From Gammaproteobacteria bacterium (GTDB lineage: Bacteria > Pseudomonadota > Gammaproteobacteria > JAJFKG01), in the NCBI GenBank assembly GCA_965116795.1, contig OZ220716.1, positions 1,674,503 through 1,738,502 of the forward strand: 64,000 bases of DNA. The letters are read 5' to 3'. This document shows, one piece after another, positions 27,320-38,624 of this stretch (its first letter is position 1; every line of letters begins with the position of its first letter). The notes under the pieces are model-generated. The model searched no databases. It was not told where the DNA came from and worked only from the letters and a program-made list of their open reading frames with translations. The position numbers and the translations under genes are program-made.

Positions 27320-30300
27320 TTACATGATGCAACATTCATTAGATTTTTCATCAGCTTGGGTATCACTGTTCACTCGTGACTCATCACGATAATCACGGAA
27401 ATTTGATAATAATGAATAGGATAGGCTTAGTCTACTGGTAGCCAGCTCATGCCCTTGATCAGCAGCCTTCTGATAAAAGCGTTTTGCTAATTGCCGATCT
27501 CGACTATCTTGACCAATACCAAATTCATATATATAGCCAAGACAATAATTTGCTTCGAGGTGTAACATATCTGCTGCCTGTTGGTAATAATAAATGGCTT
27601 TCCCTATATTAACTTCAACTCCTTTACCTTCTTCAAAAATTTTACCGAGATAAAAATTTATTTCACTTGAAGTTATTTCACTTAAAATATTACTTATATC
27701 ATGAATTACATGACTTTGATCTTCATTACGACCTCGCAGTTGGAGCACATTTTCCAATTTAATTTCAATTGGATTTAACAAAGCAGCAGAATGATTAAAA
27801 TCATGTTGGTAATACTCTTTAAGTAGTGATAGGGTGCGTGCTTCTACTTGTTGATATGAGATATCTGAGCGACACTGACTAAGTAGTAAATAAGCTAAAT
27901 GTAATTTAGCCATAACATACTTATTGGAACAATCTTGATAATAATCAATTGCTAAATTGATATTGCTATCAACACCTGAACCTAATGCTAGCATCTTTGC
28001 ACAATAGTATTTTGCCACTGTATGCTCTTGCTTGGCTGCCTGTTGATAATAAAAGAATGCCTCTTTCTTGTTTAATTCACCTGCCACACCCGAATCAAGC
28101 AGTCTAGCTGTAATAAATAAAAATATTGATTTTCCTTCTGTATAAAGATTTTTACAGAAATCTAAACATAAGGATAACTCAAGATTAAATGTAATCTGAT
28201 AAATAACACATTTTTCTTGTGATAATACATGTTGCTGCTGTGCTGATTGTTGGTAATATAAATAAGCACGATGTGAATATCCTCTTTTTTCTAACAAAAT
28301 TGCTAATTGATATTGAGACTCTGCATCTCCAGCATCTGCTGCTTTTTGCAGCAAACTTTCTATTTGAACAGAATAGTGAATAGCATGATTGCCTCTTTGT
28401 AGCATCATAGCTAAAGCATAATTAGCATAAGTTGAGTCAGTTTCAATAGAAAAAATCAGTTGATTTACATCAAATTTACACTTATTAGCTATCAGTTTTT
28501 CTAAGTTTGCTTCAACGTCACCGATATCACTCACGTCAGGCGTTGAATGATTTTCATAAACTGATTCTATCATTGTTATCGCATGTAATTGATTTGAGAA
28601 ATAGTCTTTATCTTGTAGTAATAAACGTCCTAGCTTAATCTTAGCCAAGCTGTAGTTAACTGACGCTTTCTTAAAATAGTGCTTTGCTAAATTAATACTA
28701 TGTTGATTGTCAACGTCTTCTTCTAGCAAGGTTGCATAATAATATTCAGCTAAATAATGGTTATTACCATTAATAACGTTTAAGTAGCAATGTTTAGCTG
28801 TTAATTTATCAACTCTACCGGCAATACCACTATGTAACAATCTGGCTAACAAAAACTGCATTTGACTATTGCCAGAGTCAGCTAATGTTTTGCAGAACCT
28901 TAAACAGTCATCAAGGTCATGATTCATTATTATCTGATAATAAACACATGCATCTTGTGCCATTTCATGTTGTTTTTTAGCAGCCTGCTTATAATATTTA
29001 TAAGCAGTATGAACTGACTGAGATTCAACTAATAAAGCATACTGATATTGCGATTCGATATGGCCTTTATCTGCTGCTTTCTTGTAAAATTTCATTGCAC
29101 CAGCTAAATCTTTTTTCATGCCAGTGCCTAGTTTTAAATAATTAGCATACAGAAATTGTGACTCGGTATGTCCAGATAAGCTGGCTTCATTTAAGTAAAA
29201 AGCTGATCTTCCTAAATCAACCATATTGCCATAACTGCCGTCACTAAAACTGATGCCCACGTTATATTGCGCATTTAATTCCCCAACATCGGCCGCTTTA
29301 ATATACCATTCAAAAGATTCTGCTTTCTTACCTAAAGAAAACTCTAATAATCTTGCTATAGGGTAATAAACTTCCTCTATTTGAAAGTGAGCTAACCTCT
29401 TATACCACTTTAATGCTTCACGTTGATTAGCTAATGTACCATCAGACAAAATAGTAGCTAGTCTTAGCACAGAATCAATATGATCTAATTTTGCTGCTTG
29501 TCGATAATATTGTTGCGCCAATTTAATATCTTTACCAACAATCACACCTTCTTCATAATAGTTAGCAACTTTGACCAACGCATCAAGAAAGTTATTATCA
29601 GCTGCTTTCTTACACCACAAAAAAGCTGACTGTTTGTCTTTCTTTACTATTTCTCCACTAAGTAACATTTGTGACAATGTATATTGCGCTTTAGCGAAAC
29701 CGTATTGTGCTGATTTTGCGAGCCATTTAATCGCAACTTGATTATCTTTAGTGATGCCATAAGAATTTGATAGATAAGCTTGGCTTATATAGTATTGTGC
29801 TTCAATGCAATTGTTCTCAGCAGCACGCCTATACCATACAAATGCCATTTTTTTATTACGCTTAGCTAACTGTTGTGCATATTGAAATTGGCTGTTTGCA
29901 TCACCTTGCCACGCACATGACTCAATCGTTATCGATGATGAATGTCTGCCTTCGGCTATTTGCTGAACTTGTCCAGTGCTAAGAATATTATTTAATGCAC
30001 GTTGAGTAAAGAGCAAATTTCTTTTGCAAGCATCTGTGATCATTTCACCTATGTCACTTGATGCTAAATTAGGAGAAGCTAAGATGATTAAACAACACTT
30101 TGGCCTGGTAATGGCGACATTTAATCGCCTAAATTCTCGCAAAAATTCGGTAACGTGAGTACGTACAAACGAAATAATAATAATGTCTCTCTCATCACCC
30201 TGGAAACTATCTACTGTATTAATATTAACATTGTTAGATAAACATTTGCTCTTAGCTAAATTTTCTTTAATTAAATTTTTCTGGGCAACATACGGGGTAA

Positions 30301-32257
30301 TCACACCGATTGACCGTTGTGAAACTTCTTTAGAAATCTGCGTGATAATATTAACAACATACTGCGCTTCTTGCTTATTACAAACACTTTTACTATCTTT
30401 ACTTTTCATATCAGCACCAGATATATGATAGATAGCATATGGTCTACTAGTAATTCCTGTTTTACTAAATAACGCCATTGGCAATATATCTGGAGCAGTG
30501 GCTAATCTATCAGCATAATATTGACTTGACGGCCATTGACATATTTGAGGATGCATACGGTATTGTGTAGTTAACATCATGTTGAATTGATCGTTTTCTT
30601 CAATTAAACGCCACATCATAGACCATTGATAATTTTTTCTATGATCAGACGAATCATTAAGCATAGTTGAAATCACCGTTGCTGGAAGCTGTTTAGTATC
30701 ACCAACTAATAATATTTTTTTGGGTTGATAGCGAATTGGAATTAATGTCGTTGGTTCTACTGATTGTGCTGCTTCGTCTACAAATAAAAATTCGACTGGC
30801 TGCATTGTCGACATACTTCTACGTCCAGAAGTTACTAACGTTGCAAAAATAATAGTGGCATAATCAAGTAAATATTCTTCTAAGCTAGTCTTATTGACCG
30901 CTTGCCACTTGCTTAGCAGTGCATCTAGCCTTTCCAATAAAGCTTTCCAATGCTTGATAAGCGTAACATTTTGACTCAATTTTTTTGTTATAACAGCACG
31001 AATATCTTGAAAATCAGACATGGCAATTGGTTTTAAATTCAAATTGCTTATTGACCTTTTGCTAGCCCTGCCTAATCCATTAGAAGAAATAAGATCATAC
31101 TTCTTTAGTCTCTGTTCCATGTCTAATATATCTTGATCAATCTCTGATAAAAATTTATGAAGTGCATTTGTTGTTTTCCCCACGTGATTTTCAACTAAAT
31201 CAGTGATTTTTTTAACATGATGAACTATTTTCAGCACGGTAAATTCATGCCATCGATTTAACGAAATGGGCCACAAACTTTCAGGAATTTTATTTTCGAC
31301 GCCAACTAACAAGATAGGAATATCTTGTGGATCGTGTAGTGCACGCGTAGCCAGCACTTGCACTCCTTTATTAGAATGTGCACTCACTAAAGTTCGTTTT
31401 TTCTGTTTGGCTGCGTGTTTCAATAGTTCAACGATAGTGGTTGTTTTGCCTGTTCCTGGAGGGCCTTGCAGTAAAGTAGTGCTGCCATTGTCTGTGGCAA
31501 AAAAATGTCTGATGACATTTTGTTGAGATAAGTTTAAATGATTCAAGCTAGGTAAATTAACTTGTTTATGTAAATAGGATTGATTGATCTGACTAGCTGC
31601 AATTTTTCTAACACACGCATTATCTGTAGCCGTTAGACAAGTTTCATACATTCTGGACTCACTGGTTAACGAACCTAAGTAATGAACTTGCCAAGTTACA
31701 TTTTTCTTAAAAAAATGACCATAATTTGAAATGTCTTCCACACTGAGTACTAGTTTTAATACGAGTTCATTAGTATCACTTCTTTCTAAAGCTAATCCAA
31801 AAAACCACTTGTCATCTTCTATTTTGGTAGGCTTTAATAACAATGCATTCATTGAACGACTGTGCTCGATTTTTTTAGGAATTGAACCTGAAAAAGTAAC
31901 TGAAAATGGATTTTCTGAATTTTTTGGAAATTTTGGATTTTGTTTTAATTTTATATTAAATGGTATAGCATCACTCAATTCATCAATTTTAGCTTTTTTC
32001 TTTTTGCGCTTCCCAGTTTGTGTATAGTATTGCCTTACTTTTGTCAGTCCATCAGCAACGATAGCACGTGCTTCTTCAAGAATAAAAGGCATAAAGTTTT
32101 TATAATATCTTGAAAGACTATGCTCATACTTTGGTAAAGGTTGAGCAGATAGTGTTTCCATAAATGGTTTATCTAGTGATGAAATTGGCCAATTTAAAAC
32201 TACCTTATTGAAATCTGCAGGTTCTTCCTTATAGGCACGAGCATGTGAATTTCGCAT
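27320..32257 (-). CDS. Upf1/Sen1 (DNA2/NAM7)-like SF1 helicase fused to Sel1-like repeats, C-terminal CaaX (CCIM)
   Basis: GPPGTGKT, SAHSN, FVDEAAQ, LVGD.KQLP, QYRMHP, TVDSFQG.E.D, RRLNVAITR; many A..WY.KAA..G...AQY Sel1 units; start set at ATG after AGGAG. Confidence 0.92.
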   Translation of the reverse strand: MRNSHARAYKEEPADFNKVVLNWPISSLDKPFMETLSAQPLPKYEHSLSRYYKNFMPFILEEARAIVADGLTKVRQYYTQTGKRKKKKAKIDELSDAIPFNIKLKQNPKFPKNSENPFSVTFSGSIPKKIEHSRSMNALLLKPTKIEDDKWFFGLALERSDTNELVLKLVLSVEDISNYGHFFKKNVTWQVHYLGSLTSESRMYETCLTATDNACVRKIAASQINQSYLHKQVNLPSLNHLNLSQQNVIRHFFATDNGSTTLLQGPPGTGKTTTIVELLKHAAKQKKRTLVSAHSNKGVQVLATRALHDPQDIPILLVGVENKIPESLWPISLNRWHEFTVLKIVHHVKKITDLVENHVGKTTNALHKFLSEIDQDILDMEQRLKKYDLISSNGLGRASKRSISNLNLKPIAMSDFQDIRAVITKKLSQNVTLIKHWKALLERLDALLSKWQAVNKTSLEEYLLDYATIIFATLVTSGRRSMSTMQPVEFLFVDEAAQSVEPTTLIPIRYQPKKILLVGDTKQLPATVISTMLNDSSDHRKNYQWSMMWRLIEENDQFNMMLTTQYRMHPQICQWPSSQYYADRLATAPDILPMALFSKTGITSRPYAIYHISGADMKSKDSKSVCNKQEAQYVVNIITQISKEVSQRSIGVITPYVAQKNLIKENLAKSKCLSNNVNINTVDSFQGDERDIIIISFVRTHVTEFLREFRRLNVAITRPKCCLIILASPNLASSDIGEMITDACKRNLLFTQRALNNILSTGQVQQIAEGRHSSSITIESCAWQGDANSQFQYAQQLAKRNKKMAFVWYRRAAENNCIEAQYYISQAYLSNSYGITKDNQVAIKWLAKSAQYGFAKAQYTLSQMLLSGEIVKKDKQSAFLWCKKAADNNFLDALVKVANYYEEGVIVGKDIKLAQQYYRQAAKLDHIDSVLRLATILSDGTLANQREALKWYKRLAHFQIEEVYYPIARLLEFSLGKKAESFEWYIKAADVGELNAQYNVGISFSDGSYGNMVDLGRSAFYLNEASLSGHTESQFLYANYLKLGTGMKKDLAGAMKFYKKAADKGHIESQYQYALLVESQSVHTAYKYYKQAAKKQHEMAQDACVYYQIIMNHDLDDCLRFCKTLADSGNSQMQFLLARLLHSGIAGRVDKLTAKHCYLNVINGNNHYLAEYYYATLLEEDVDNQHSINLAKHYFKKASVNYSLAKIKLGRLLLQDKDYFSNQLHAITMIESVYENHSTPDVSDIGDVEANLEKLIANKCKFDVNQLIFSIETDSTYANYALAMMLQRGNHAIHYSVQIESLLQKAADAGDAESQYQLAILLEKRGYSHRAYLYYQQSAQQQHVLSQEKCVIYQITFNLELSLCLDFCKNLYTEGKSIFLFITARLLDSGVAGELNKKEAFFYYQQAAKQEHTVAKYYCAKMLALGSGVDSNINLAIDYYQDCSNKYVMAKLHLAYLLLSQCRSDISYQQVEARTLSLLKEYYQHDFNHSAALLNPIEIKLENVLQLRGRNEDQSHVIHDISNILSEITSSEINFYLGKIFEEGKGVEVNIGKAIYYYQQAADMLHLEANYCLGYIYEFGIGQDSRDRQLAKRFYQKAADQGHELATSRLSLSYSLLSNFRDYRDESRVNSDTQADEKSNECCIM

Positions 32258-32539
32258 AAATACTCCTTGTAAAATTAACAATGGATTATACGTCATTACA
32301 ACTCAACTAACTCGATCATTCACCTGTTCTATTTTTGATCATCTTATAATCAATGCATGACTACTTAGTCTGATCATTAATAAAAATACAGCATTTCATC
32401 AATAAGATAAAAACAGTATTAGTAGATGTATTCTCAATGAATTGGCAATTTTATGAATTAGTAGCTATTACTTAGAGACTTAAGATTTAACGCACTGATT
32501 TTCAGTGATATTAATCCTAGCGATAAAATAGTAGGTGAT

Positions 32540-34006
32540 TTGCAAATGGCAAATAAGCAATACGATGTTTTATTAATAGACGATGATGCCAAGCGTAGTC
32601 AGACATTATTGTCTATTTTTCAATTCTTGAATAAATCCTGTATCAGGACAAGCTCGACTCGTTGGCAACATCATGCAGATAAATTACAGCAGTTAACAGT
32701 TGTATTTATTACAGTAGCATCTGATATTAACCAAACACAAGATATAGTCAATGCAATCTATACACAATTGCCTACGTTATCGTTAATATTATTGTGTGAT
32801 GATAATTGTGTAGCTAAAAAAGCATTATCAATTAGACAATCGAATATTATTAATAGATTAGTCTTGCCATTAGAGCATACCCAGTTGACTGACGCATTAC
32901 ATCAATGCAGTGTTGTGCAAGATCGTGAACACGATCATAATGCTAGTGTGAATAGAGATGATTGCCTATTTCGTAGTTTGGCGGGCGATAGTGATATAAT
33001 TGCGACGGTAAAAAAGCTGATGCAGCAAGTCTATGATCAAGATGTTACCGTACTCATTTTAGGTGAATCTGGTACCGGAAAAGAAGTTGTTGCGCGCAGT
33101 TTACATTATCAATCACAGCGACGCGATAACGCCTTTATTCCAGTTAACTGCGGTGCAATTCCACCTGATCTATTAGAGAGTGAGTTGTTTGGTCATGAGA
33201 AAGGCGCCTTTACTGGGGCGGTTGGTGTACGCAAAGGTCGTTTTGAATTAGCTCAAGGTGGCACACTATTTTTAGATGAAATTGGTGATATGCCGTTGAA
33301 CATGCAAGTTAAACTATTGCGAGTGTTACAAGAACGTTGCTTTGAGCGTGTCGGTGGCAATAAAACTATTCCGATCGATGTGCGTATCATTGCAGCTACG
33401 CACCGTAATTTAGAAAAATTAATTGAAGAAAATACGTTTAGAGAAGATTTATATTATCGATTAAATGTCTTTCCAATTGATATGCCAGCATTACGTCAGC
33501 GTGCTCAAGATATTCCGGTATTAATTAGTGAAATAACCAATCGTTTGCAAGAAGATGGTAGAAACGAAATTACATTGTCAAAAGAGACTATTAATACCTT
33601 ATGCCAGTATCCATGGCCTGGTAATGTACGTGAATTAGCAAATTTGATAGAACGCCTTACTATTCTTTATCCAAATGAGTTAATTAAGCCAGAGCAATTA
33701 CCTGAGAAGTTCAGGGAAGCACAAGTACATGATAGCGGTTCACAAAATGCGGTAGCATTTTTACAACCACAGAACACCGATATAAAGCTAAATGGTGTGA
33801 CTGAATTAACTGATGCAGGTATTGATTTAAAATCACATATACAAGCAATTGAAATTGCCTTGATTCGTCAAGCACTTCGGCGTGCTCATGGTGTTGTTAG
33901 TAAAGCGTCTGAGTTACTTGCGTTACGTCGCACTACGCTAGTTGAGAAAATGCGTAAATACAATTTGCAACAATCTAATCTTAATCAGGTGGAGTCTGAT
34001 AGTTAG
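32540..34006 (+). CDS. fleQ: sigma-54-dependent activator FleQ
   Basis: FleQ-type N-terminus LIDDD..R...[48 protein letters not shown]. Confidence 0.88.
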   Translation: MQMANKQYDVLLIDDDAKRSQTLLSIFQFLNKSCIRTSSTRWQHHADKLQQLTVVFITVASDINQTQDIVNAIYTQLPTLSLILLCDDNCVAKKALSIRQSNIINRLVLPLEHTQLTDALHQCSVVQDREHDHNASVNRDDCLFRSLAGDSDIIATVKKLMQQVYDQDVTVLILGESGTGKEVVARSLHYQSQRRDNAFIPVNCGAIPPDLLESELFGHEKGAFTGAVGVRKGRFELAQGGTLFLDEIGDMPLNMQVKLLRVLQERCFERVGGNKTIPIDVRIIAATHRNLEKLIEENTFREDLYYRLNVFPIDMPALRQRAQDIPVLISEITNRLQEDGRNEITLSKETINTLCQYPWPGNVRELANLIERLTILYPNELIKPEQLPEKFREAQVHDSGSQNAVAFLQPQNTDIKLNGVTELTDAGIDLKSHIQAIEIALIRQALRRAHGVVSKASELLALRRTTLVEKMRKYNLQQSNLNQVESDS

Positions 34007-34206
34007 GCAATCTAGAAGTGGAAATACCCATGTGAAATGGGTGAATAGCTATCACAGGCTCAGTTACTAAGCGTTGTCATTACCATCCGCGTTGTTCAGC
34101 TGCGATGCCACAGTGTTGTCGTGATTATCCGAGTGTGTCTAAGTTGGCAAATAATCAGCGTGTATATTGCCATTTGTATAACAAATAATACAATTTGTAT
34201 TAAGTA

Positions 34207-35853
34207 TTACACTTTAACCTTGATCCGCTGTCCAGTACGTAATGTATGTGCATCAGTCAGTTTGTTATCTGCCATTAACTGTTGGGTGCTTAGATGATAA
34301 CGTTTTGCGATCTGTGACAGTGTATCGCCAGCGCGTACCGTATAATACGCAATGTTATCTTTAATAGTTAAGTGACTCTGGATTTGCAATGTTTGTCCAC
34401 GTTTAATCGTTGTCGATGCTAAACGATTAGCAACTTGAATAGCATGTGTGCTGGTATGATAGCGTTTGGCAATCGTACTTAATGTATCACCTGCTTTAAC
34501 TGTATAACGTTGACTGCCAGCAATATGTGGGCGATAGTGATCGATCCATACCGTTAATTTTGTCCCAGCAGCAACGTGATTAGATGTTGTATGATTCCAA
34601 AAGCGTAATTGACTTGCATGTAAGTGGTATTTAACCGCAATCTTAGTTAACGTTTCACCGGGTTTCACTGTATGGACAACTTTTTTAGGGCCGGGAATTT
34701 TCTTAGGTGTTTTACCGACGTAATGTTGTTTGTTTTGTATGTTGTATTGAGTCAAGCTGTGTGCGCTAGCTGGTACAATTAATTTGTCACCAATGCGAAT
34801 GGTATTGTTATGCAAATTATTGACTTTGCGTAAAATGGGTAGCGTTGTATCGTAACGTTTAGCAATTTTAATTAAGCTATCACCAGCAACTACTGGGTGA
34901 CGTTGCCATGTTACCCGTTGTGTTTTTGGTATGGTTTGTAAATTTTTGTTAAATGTTGCAATTTGTTCTATCGGTAAAAATAAACGCCCACCACTGGGAT
35001 CAGTTGCCCAACGCATATAACCAGGATTTATTTGATAAATCGTTTCTTCGCTAACTTCAGCCAATTTTGCTGCTTGAGCTAAGTCAATTTGTGCGTCGAG
35101 ATCAACGCTGGCAATAGTTGGTTTATTAGCAACAAATGGTAAATCGATATGATAACGTTTAGGATGGCTGATAATTACTGCCAGTGCTAATAATTTTGGA
35201 ACATAGGCTTCAGTTTGTTTGGGCAAATGCAATGAGAAGAAATCGGTTGCGTGTTGTGATTGACTGTTGCGATGTACAGCATTTTGCACAGTACCTTCAC
35301 CGGAATTGTAGGCAGCAATCGCTTTTAACCAATCATTATCAAAAAAGTCGCGTAAATAGGTTAAGTAGTTAAGCGCAGCTTTAGTTGAATCATATACATC
35401 ACGACGCCCGTCATACCACCAATTTTGGGTGATCCCAAATCCACTGGCAGTGCCTGGCATTAATTGCCATAACCCAGCAGCACCACGATAAGAATATGCA
35501 GTGGGATCATAACCACTTTCGATAAATGGTAGTAAGGCTAATTCACCGGGCAATTCGCGCTGCTTTATCTCTTGCAAAATGTAATATAAAAATGGAGAGG
35601 CTTGGGAGATGATTTTGTTGACTAGGGCTGGGTGCTGCTGGTACCAGTTAATTTGTTCAGCTACAGCGGGATTTTGCTTAACGTGATCTAACGTAAATGC
35701 TGAAGTCATCGTTGGCCAAATGGTTTTATAGGTACTGAACAGCCAGGTTGTATGTGATGTGGGCTGTGCAGTATTATTTGAATAACCACTGCAGTTGGTT
35801 AAGCCAATACATAATACACACAGTAGACTAAATCCAATTAACCGACGTAACAT
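34207..35853 (-). CDS. mltD: membrane-bound lytic murein transglycosylase D (SLT plus LysM repeats)
   Basis: LPFIES, AAGLWQLM, YDGRRD, AAYNSGEG, ETxxY-like QTEAYVPK; four LysM domains; lipobox Cys. Confidence 0.92.
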   Translation of the reverse strand: MLRRLIGFSLLCVLCIGLTNCSGYSNNTAQPTSHTTWLFSTYKTIWPTMTSAFTLDHVKQNPAVAEQINWYQQHPALVNKIISQASPFLYYILQEIKQRELPGELALLPFIESGYDPTAYSYRGAAGLWQLMPGTASGFGITQNWWYDGRRDVYDSTKAALNYLTYLRDFFDNDWLKAIAAYNSGEGTVQNAVHRNSQSQHATDFFSLHLPKQTEAYVPKLLALAVIISHPKRYHIDLPFVANKPTIASVDLDAQIDLAQAAKLAEVSEETIYQINPGYMRWATDPSGGRLFLPIEQIATFNKNLQTIPKTQRVTWQRHPVVAGDSLIKIAKRYDTTLPILRKVNNLHNNTIRIGDKLIVPASAHSLTQYNIQNKQHYVGKTPKKIPGPKKVVHTVKPGETLTKIAVKYHLHASQLRFWNHTTSNHVAAGTKLTVWIDHYRPHIAGSQRYTVKAGDTLSTIAKRYHTSTHAIQVANRLASTTIKRGQTLQIQSHLTIKDNIAYYTVRAGDTLSQIAKRYHLSTQQLMADNKLTDAHTLRTGQRIKVKV

Positions 35854-36137
35854 TATTGTGAACCGATCTCTGTAGGTGTTTTGGCATCAATACGCAATGC
35901 GTGAATTTCACTGCCTATGATCTTATCAATTGCTTGGTAGACTAAGCGATGGCGAGCTACTAAATTTTTATTAGCGAATGCATCAGCGACAATGCTTACT
36001 GCAAAATGTCCTGCACCACTAGCTGCACCCGGATGACCGCGATGTTGTGCGCTTTCATCAACAATATCTAATTGGGTTGGCTGCAATTGTTGTTGCAAGC
36101 GTTGACGAATGAAATCGATACGTTGTTGATTAGTCAC
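35853..36137 (-). CDS. bolA: BolA family protein
   Basis: DESAQHRGH, HF.V.IV...F, RHRLVY, IHAL. Confidence 0.9.
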   Translation of the reverse strand: MTNQQRIDFIRQRLQQQLQPTQLDIVDESAQHRGHPGAASGAGHFAVSIVADAFANKNLVARHRLVYQAIDKIIGSEIHALRIDAKTPTEIGSQ

Positions 36138-36162
36138 CTGTTACTCCTCCTTGCTATTATAT

Positions 36163-36693
36163 TCAAGACTCTTCGATGTGTTTGGCTAGATAAATTGCTT
36201 GGATGATCACAAATAATAGGGTTAACCCCAGCATGCCAAATAATTTAAAATTTACCCAAACATCGGTACTGAAGTGATATACGATATATAAATTCAGGCA
36301 ACCCATGGTAGTGAAAAAGATCGCCCAGCTTAGATTAAGTCGGCGCCAAATGACAGCGGTTAATGTGATATTGTTTTCCATTAAACGTCGGATCAGCGGT
36401 TTTTCACCGATGAACTGACTAGCAAAAAATAGTAAGCCAAATATCCAATTCAAAATGCTCGGTTTCCATTTAATGTAAATTTCTTCATGTAGTAATAAGG
36501 TTGCGCCGCCTAAGACGATGATTAATCCCAGGGTAATTAGTTGCATCCGATCAAATTTGCGCTGCCTTAACCAATGGATCCCAACTTGGATGACAGATGC
36601 TGCAATGGCCACTGCGGTGGCCACATAGATGTTGTATACCTTGTAGGCAACAAAAAATAGAATAATTGGAAAAAAATCGGCTAATAATTTCAC
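36163..36693 (-). CDS. yciB: inner membrane septation protein YciB/IspZ
   Basis: DFFPIILFF, IKWKPSI, WVNFKLFG. Confidence 0.95.
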   Translation of the reverse strand: MKLLADFFPIILFFVAYKVYNIYVATAVAIAASVIQVGIHWLRQRKFDRMQLITLGLIIVLGGATLLLHEEIYIKWKPSILNWIFGLLFFASQFIGEKPLIRRLMENNITLTAVIWRRLNLSWAIFFTTMGCLNLYIVYHFSTDVWVNFKLFGMLGLTLLFVIIQAIYLAKHIEES

Positions 36694-36902
36694 AGGTATT
36701 CAACTTAACTCGTTATTGCATATTCCACTGCACGGTAGCAGCGCTAACGGTATGATTAGCCGCCGCAGTATAACATAGAGTTGTCCCTGAACACCTTAGC
36801 CATTGCTGCTCTGTTTTATGCTGTCGTGATTGTGCAATATTAGGTATAATGCATGGCGAAATTGGTTGGATTAACGCCAATTAAGATTAGTTTTTAACCA
36901 AA

Positions 36903-37739
36903 ATGGGCAATTTATTGATGCAAACAGAGGTAGCACAGGCAACACAGAGTGATGATGTAGTCGAACAGATCGCTGTTGGTCATTTTAAAGGCGAGCGTAT
37001 CGCCAAGTTGCCATTGGATTTATACATTCCACCCGAAGCCTTGCGTGTGTTTTTAGAGACATTCGAAGGTCCATTAGACTTATTATTATATCTGATCAAG
37101 AAAAATAATGTTGATATTTTAGATATCCCCATTGCTGATATTACCCGTCAATATATTGAATACATCGAGATCATGAAGGCGTTGGAATTGGAATTAGCTG
37201 CAGATTACTTAGTTATGGCGGCTAGTCTTGCAGAGATTAAGTCGCGAATGTTATTGCCACGTCTCAGTGTAGATGAGGGTGAAGAATTGGATCCGCGTGC
37301 CGAATTGGTACGTCGTTTACAAGAGTATGAACGTTTTAAAAAAGCAGCACAGGAATTAGATGAATTACCGCGTTGGCAGCGTGATATTTTCCCAGTCAAT
37401 GCTAATTTGCCACCAATGAAGCGCGACAAACCACAACCTACTGTGATGATGCCTGAATTATTAGATGCATTGCGTGATATCTTGCAACGTGCACAACTGT
37501 TTGAACATCACCACATTAAACGCGAACCATTATCGGTGCGTGAGCGTATGTCACGTATTTTAAGTGTGGTAAAAGCTGATGAGTATACCGATTTTTACAC
37601 GTTATTTACCGTTGAAGAAGGACGTAGTGGTGTTGTGGTAACGTTTATTGCGATACTGGAATTGTTACGCCATGCCACTATTGAATTAATTCAAGCAGAA
37701 CCGTTTAGTCCACTGTATGTAAAGGCTGTTGCAACATGA
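36903..37739 (+). CDS. scpA: segregation and condensation protein A
   Basis: FEGPLDLLLYLI, AADYLVMAA, KSRMLLP, DPRAELVRRL, FIAILEL. Confidence 0.95.
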   Translation: MGNLLMQTEVAQATQSDDVVEQIAVGHFKGERIAKLPLDLYIPPEALRVFLETFEGPLDLLLYLIKKNNVDILDIPIADITRQYIEYIEIMKALELELAADYLVMAASLAEIKSRMLLPRLSVDEGEELDPRAELVRRLQEYERFKKAAQELDELPRWQRDIFPVNANLPPMKRDKPQPTVMMPELLDALRDILQRAQLFEHHHIKREPLSVRERMSRILSVVKADEYTDFYTLFTVEEGRSGVVVTFIAILELLRHATIELIQAEPFSPLYVKAVAT

Positions 37740-38554
37740 ATGAAGTGATTGATAATGCGTTAGAAAAAACTGATACTGAGCAAGGTGCAAGTATTGCTGA
37801 AGCAAGCAAAACGCCGATCGATATAGCATTATTATCCCAAGTTATCGAGGCGATGTTATTTGCAGCCGATGCGCCGCTGTCATTAAAGCAATTGCAAAAA
37901 GTATTGGTACACCCAGATTATGCAAAACCCAGTACGGATGACATTAAGCAAGCAATAAACGATTTGCAAGCCGTTTATGCTGATCGTGGTATTGAGTTGC
38001 AAACCGTTGCCAGCGGTTATCGCTTTCAAATCAAGCCTGCCTATGCTAGTTGGATGAATCAATTATGGGATGAAAAACCACCACGTTATTCACGCGCTTT
38101 ATTAGAGACATTGGTATTAATTGCTTATCGTCAACCGATTACTCGTGCAGAAATCGAAGACGTGCGCGGTGTTGCTGTGAGTACCAATATCATGAGAACC
38201 TTAGTAGAGCGTGGTTGGGTACGTGCTGTTGGTCATCGTGATGTACCCGGTAAACCTAGTTTATATGCCACAACAAAAGCATTTTTAGATTATTTTAATT
38301 TACCTAATTTGGAAGCATTACCAACCTTAGAAGCGGTGCGCGATTTAGATAGTATCGCCGCTGAGTTAGGTGCTGAGTTTGAACAGGCATTAACACAAGA
38401 AAATGTGGAGTTAACAACAGCACAACCAGTAGACGCTGATCCGGACGCAACAACTTCACAACAGCCATTAACGCAAACTGATATGGCTAAATCGACTGAG
38501 GTAGATGATGATGAATTAATCGACTCTACTGCTATCACAGAAGATGAAGTGTAG
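37736..38554 (+). CDS. scpB: segregation and condensation protein B
   Basis: IEAMLFAA, SRALLETL..IAYRQPITRAEIE..RGV, PGKP.LY.TT..FLDYF. Confidence 0.96.
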   Translation: MNEVIDNALEKTDTEQGASIAEASKTPIDIALLSQVIEAMLFAADAPLSLKQLQKVLVHPDYAKPSTDDIKQAINDLQAVYADRGIELQTVASGYRFQIKPAYASWMNQLWDEKPPRYSRALLETLVLIAYRQPITRAEIEDVRGVAVSTNIMRTLVERGWVRAVGHRDVPGKPSLYATTKAFLDYFNLPNLEALPTLEAVRDLDSIAAELGAEFEQALTQENVELTTAQPVDADPDATTSQQPLTQTDMAKSTEVDDDELIDSTAITEDEV

Positions 38555-38624
38555 TTGTATTGATATTAAGAATAACCCTAATGTTACGTTCTTAACATGA
38601 CGAAACCGTCAATTAAAATCAAGC

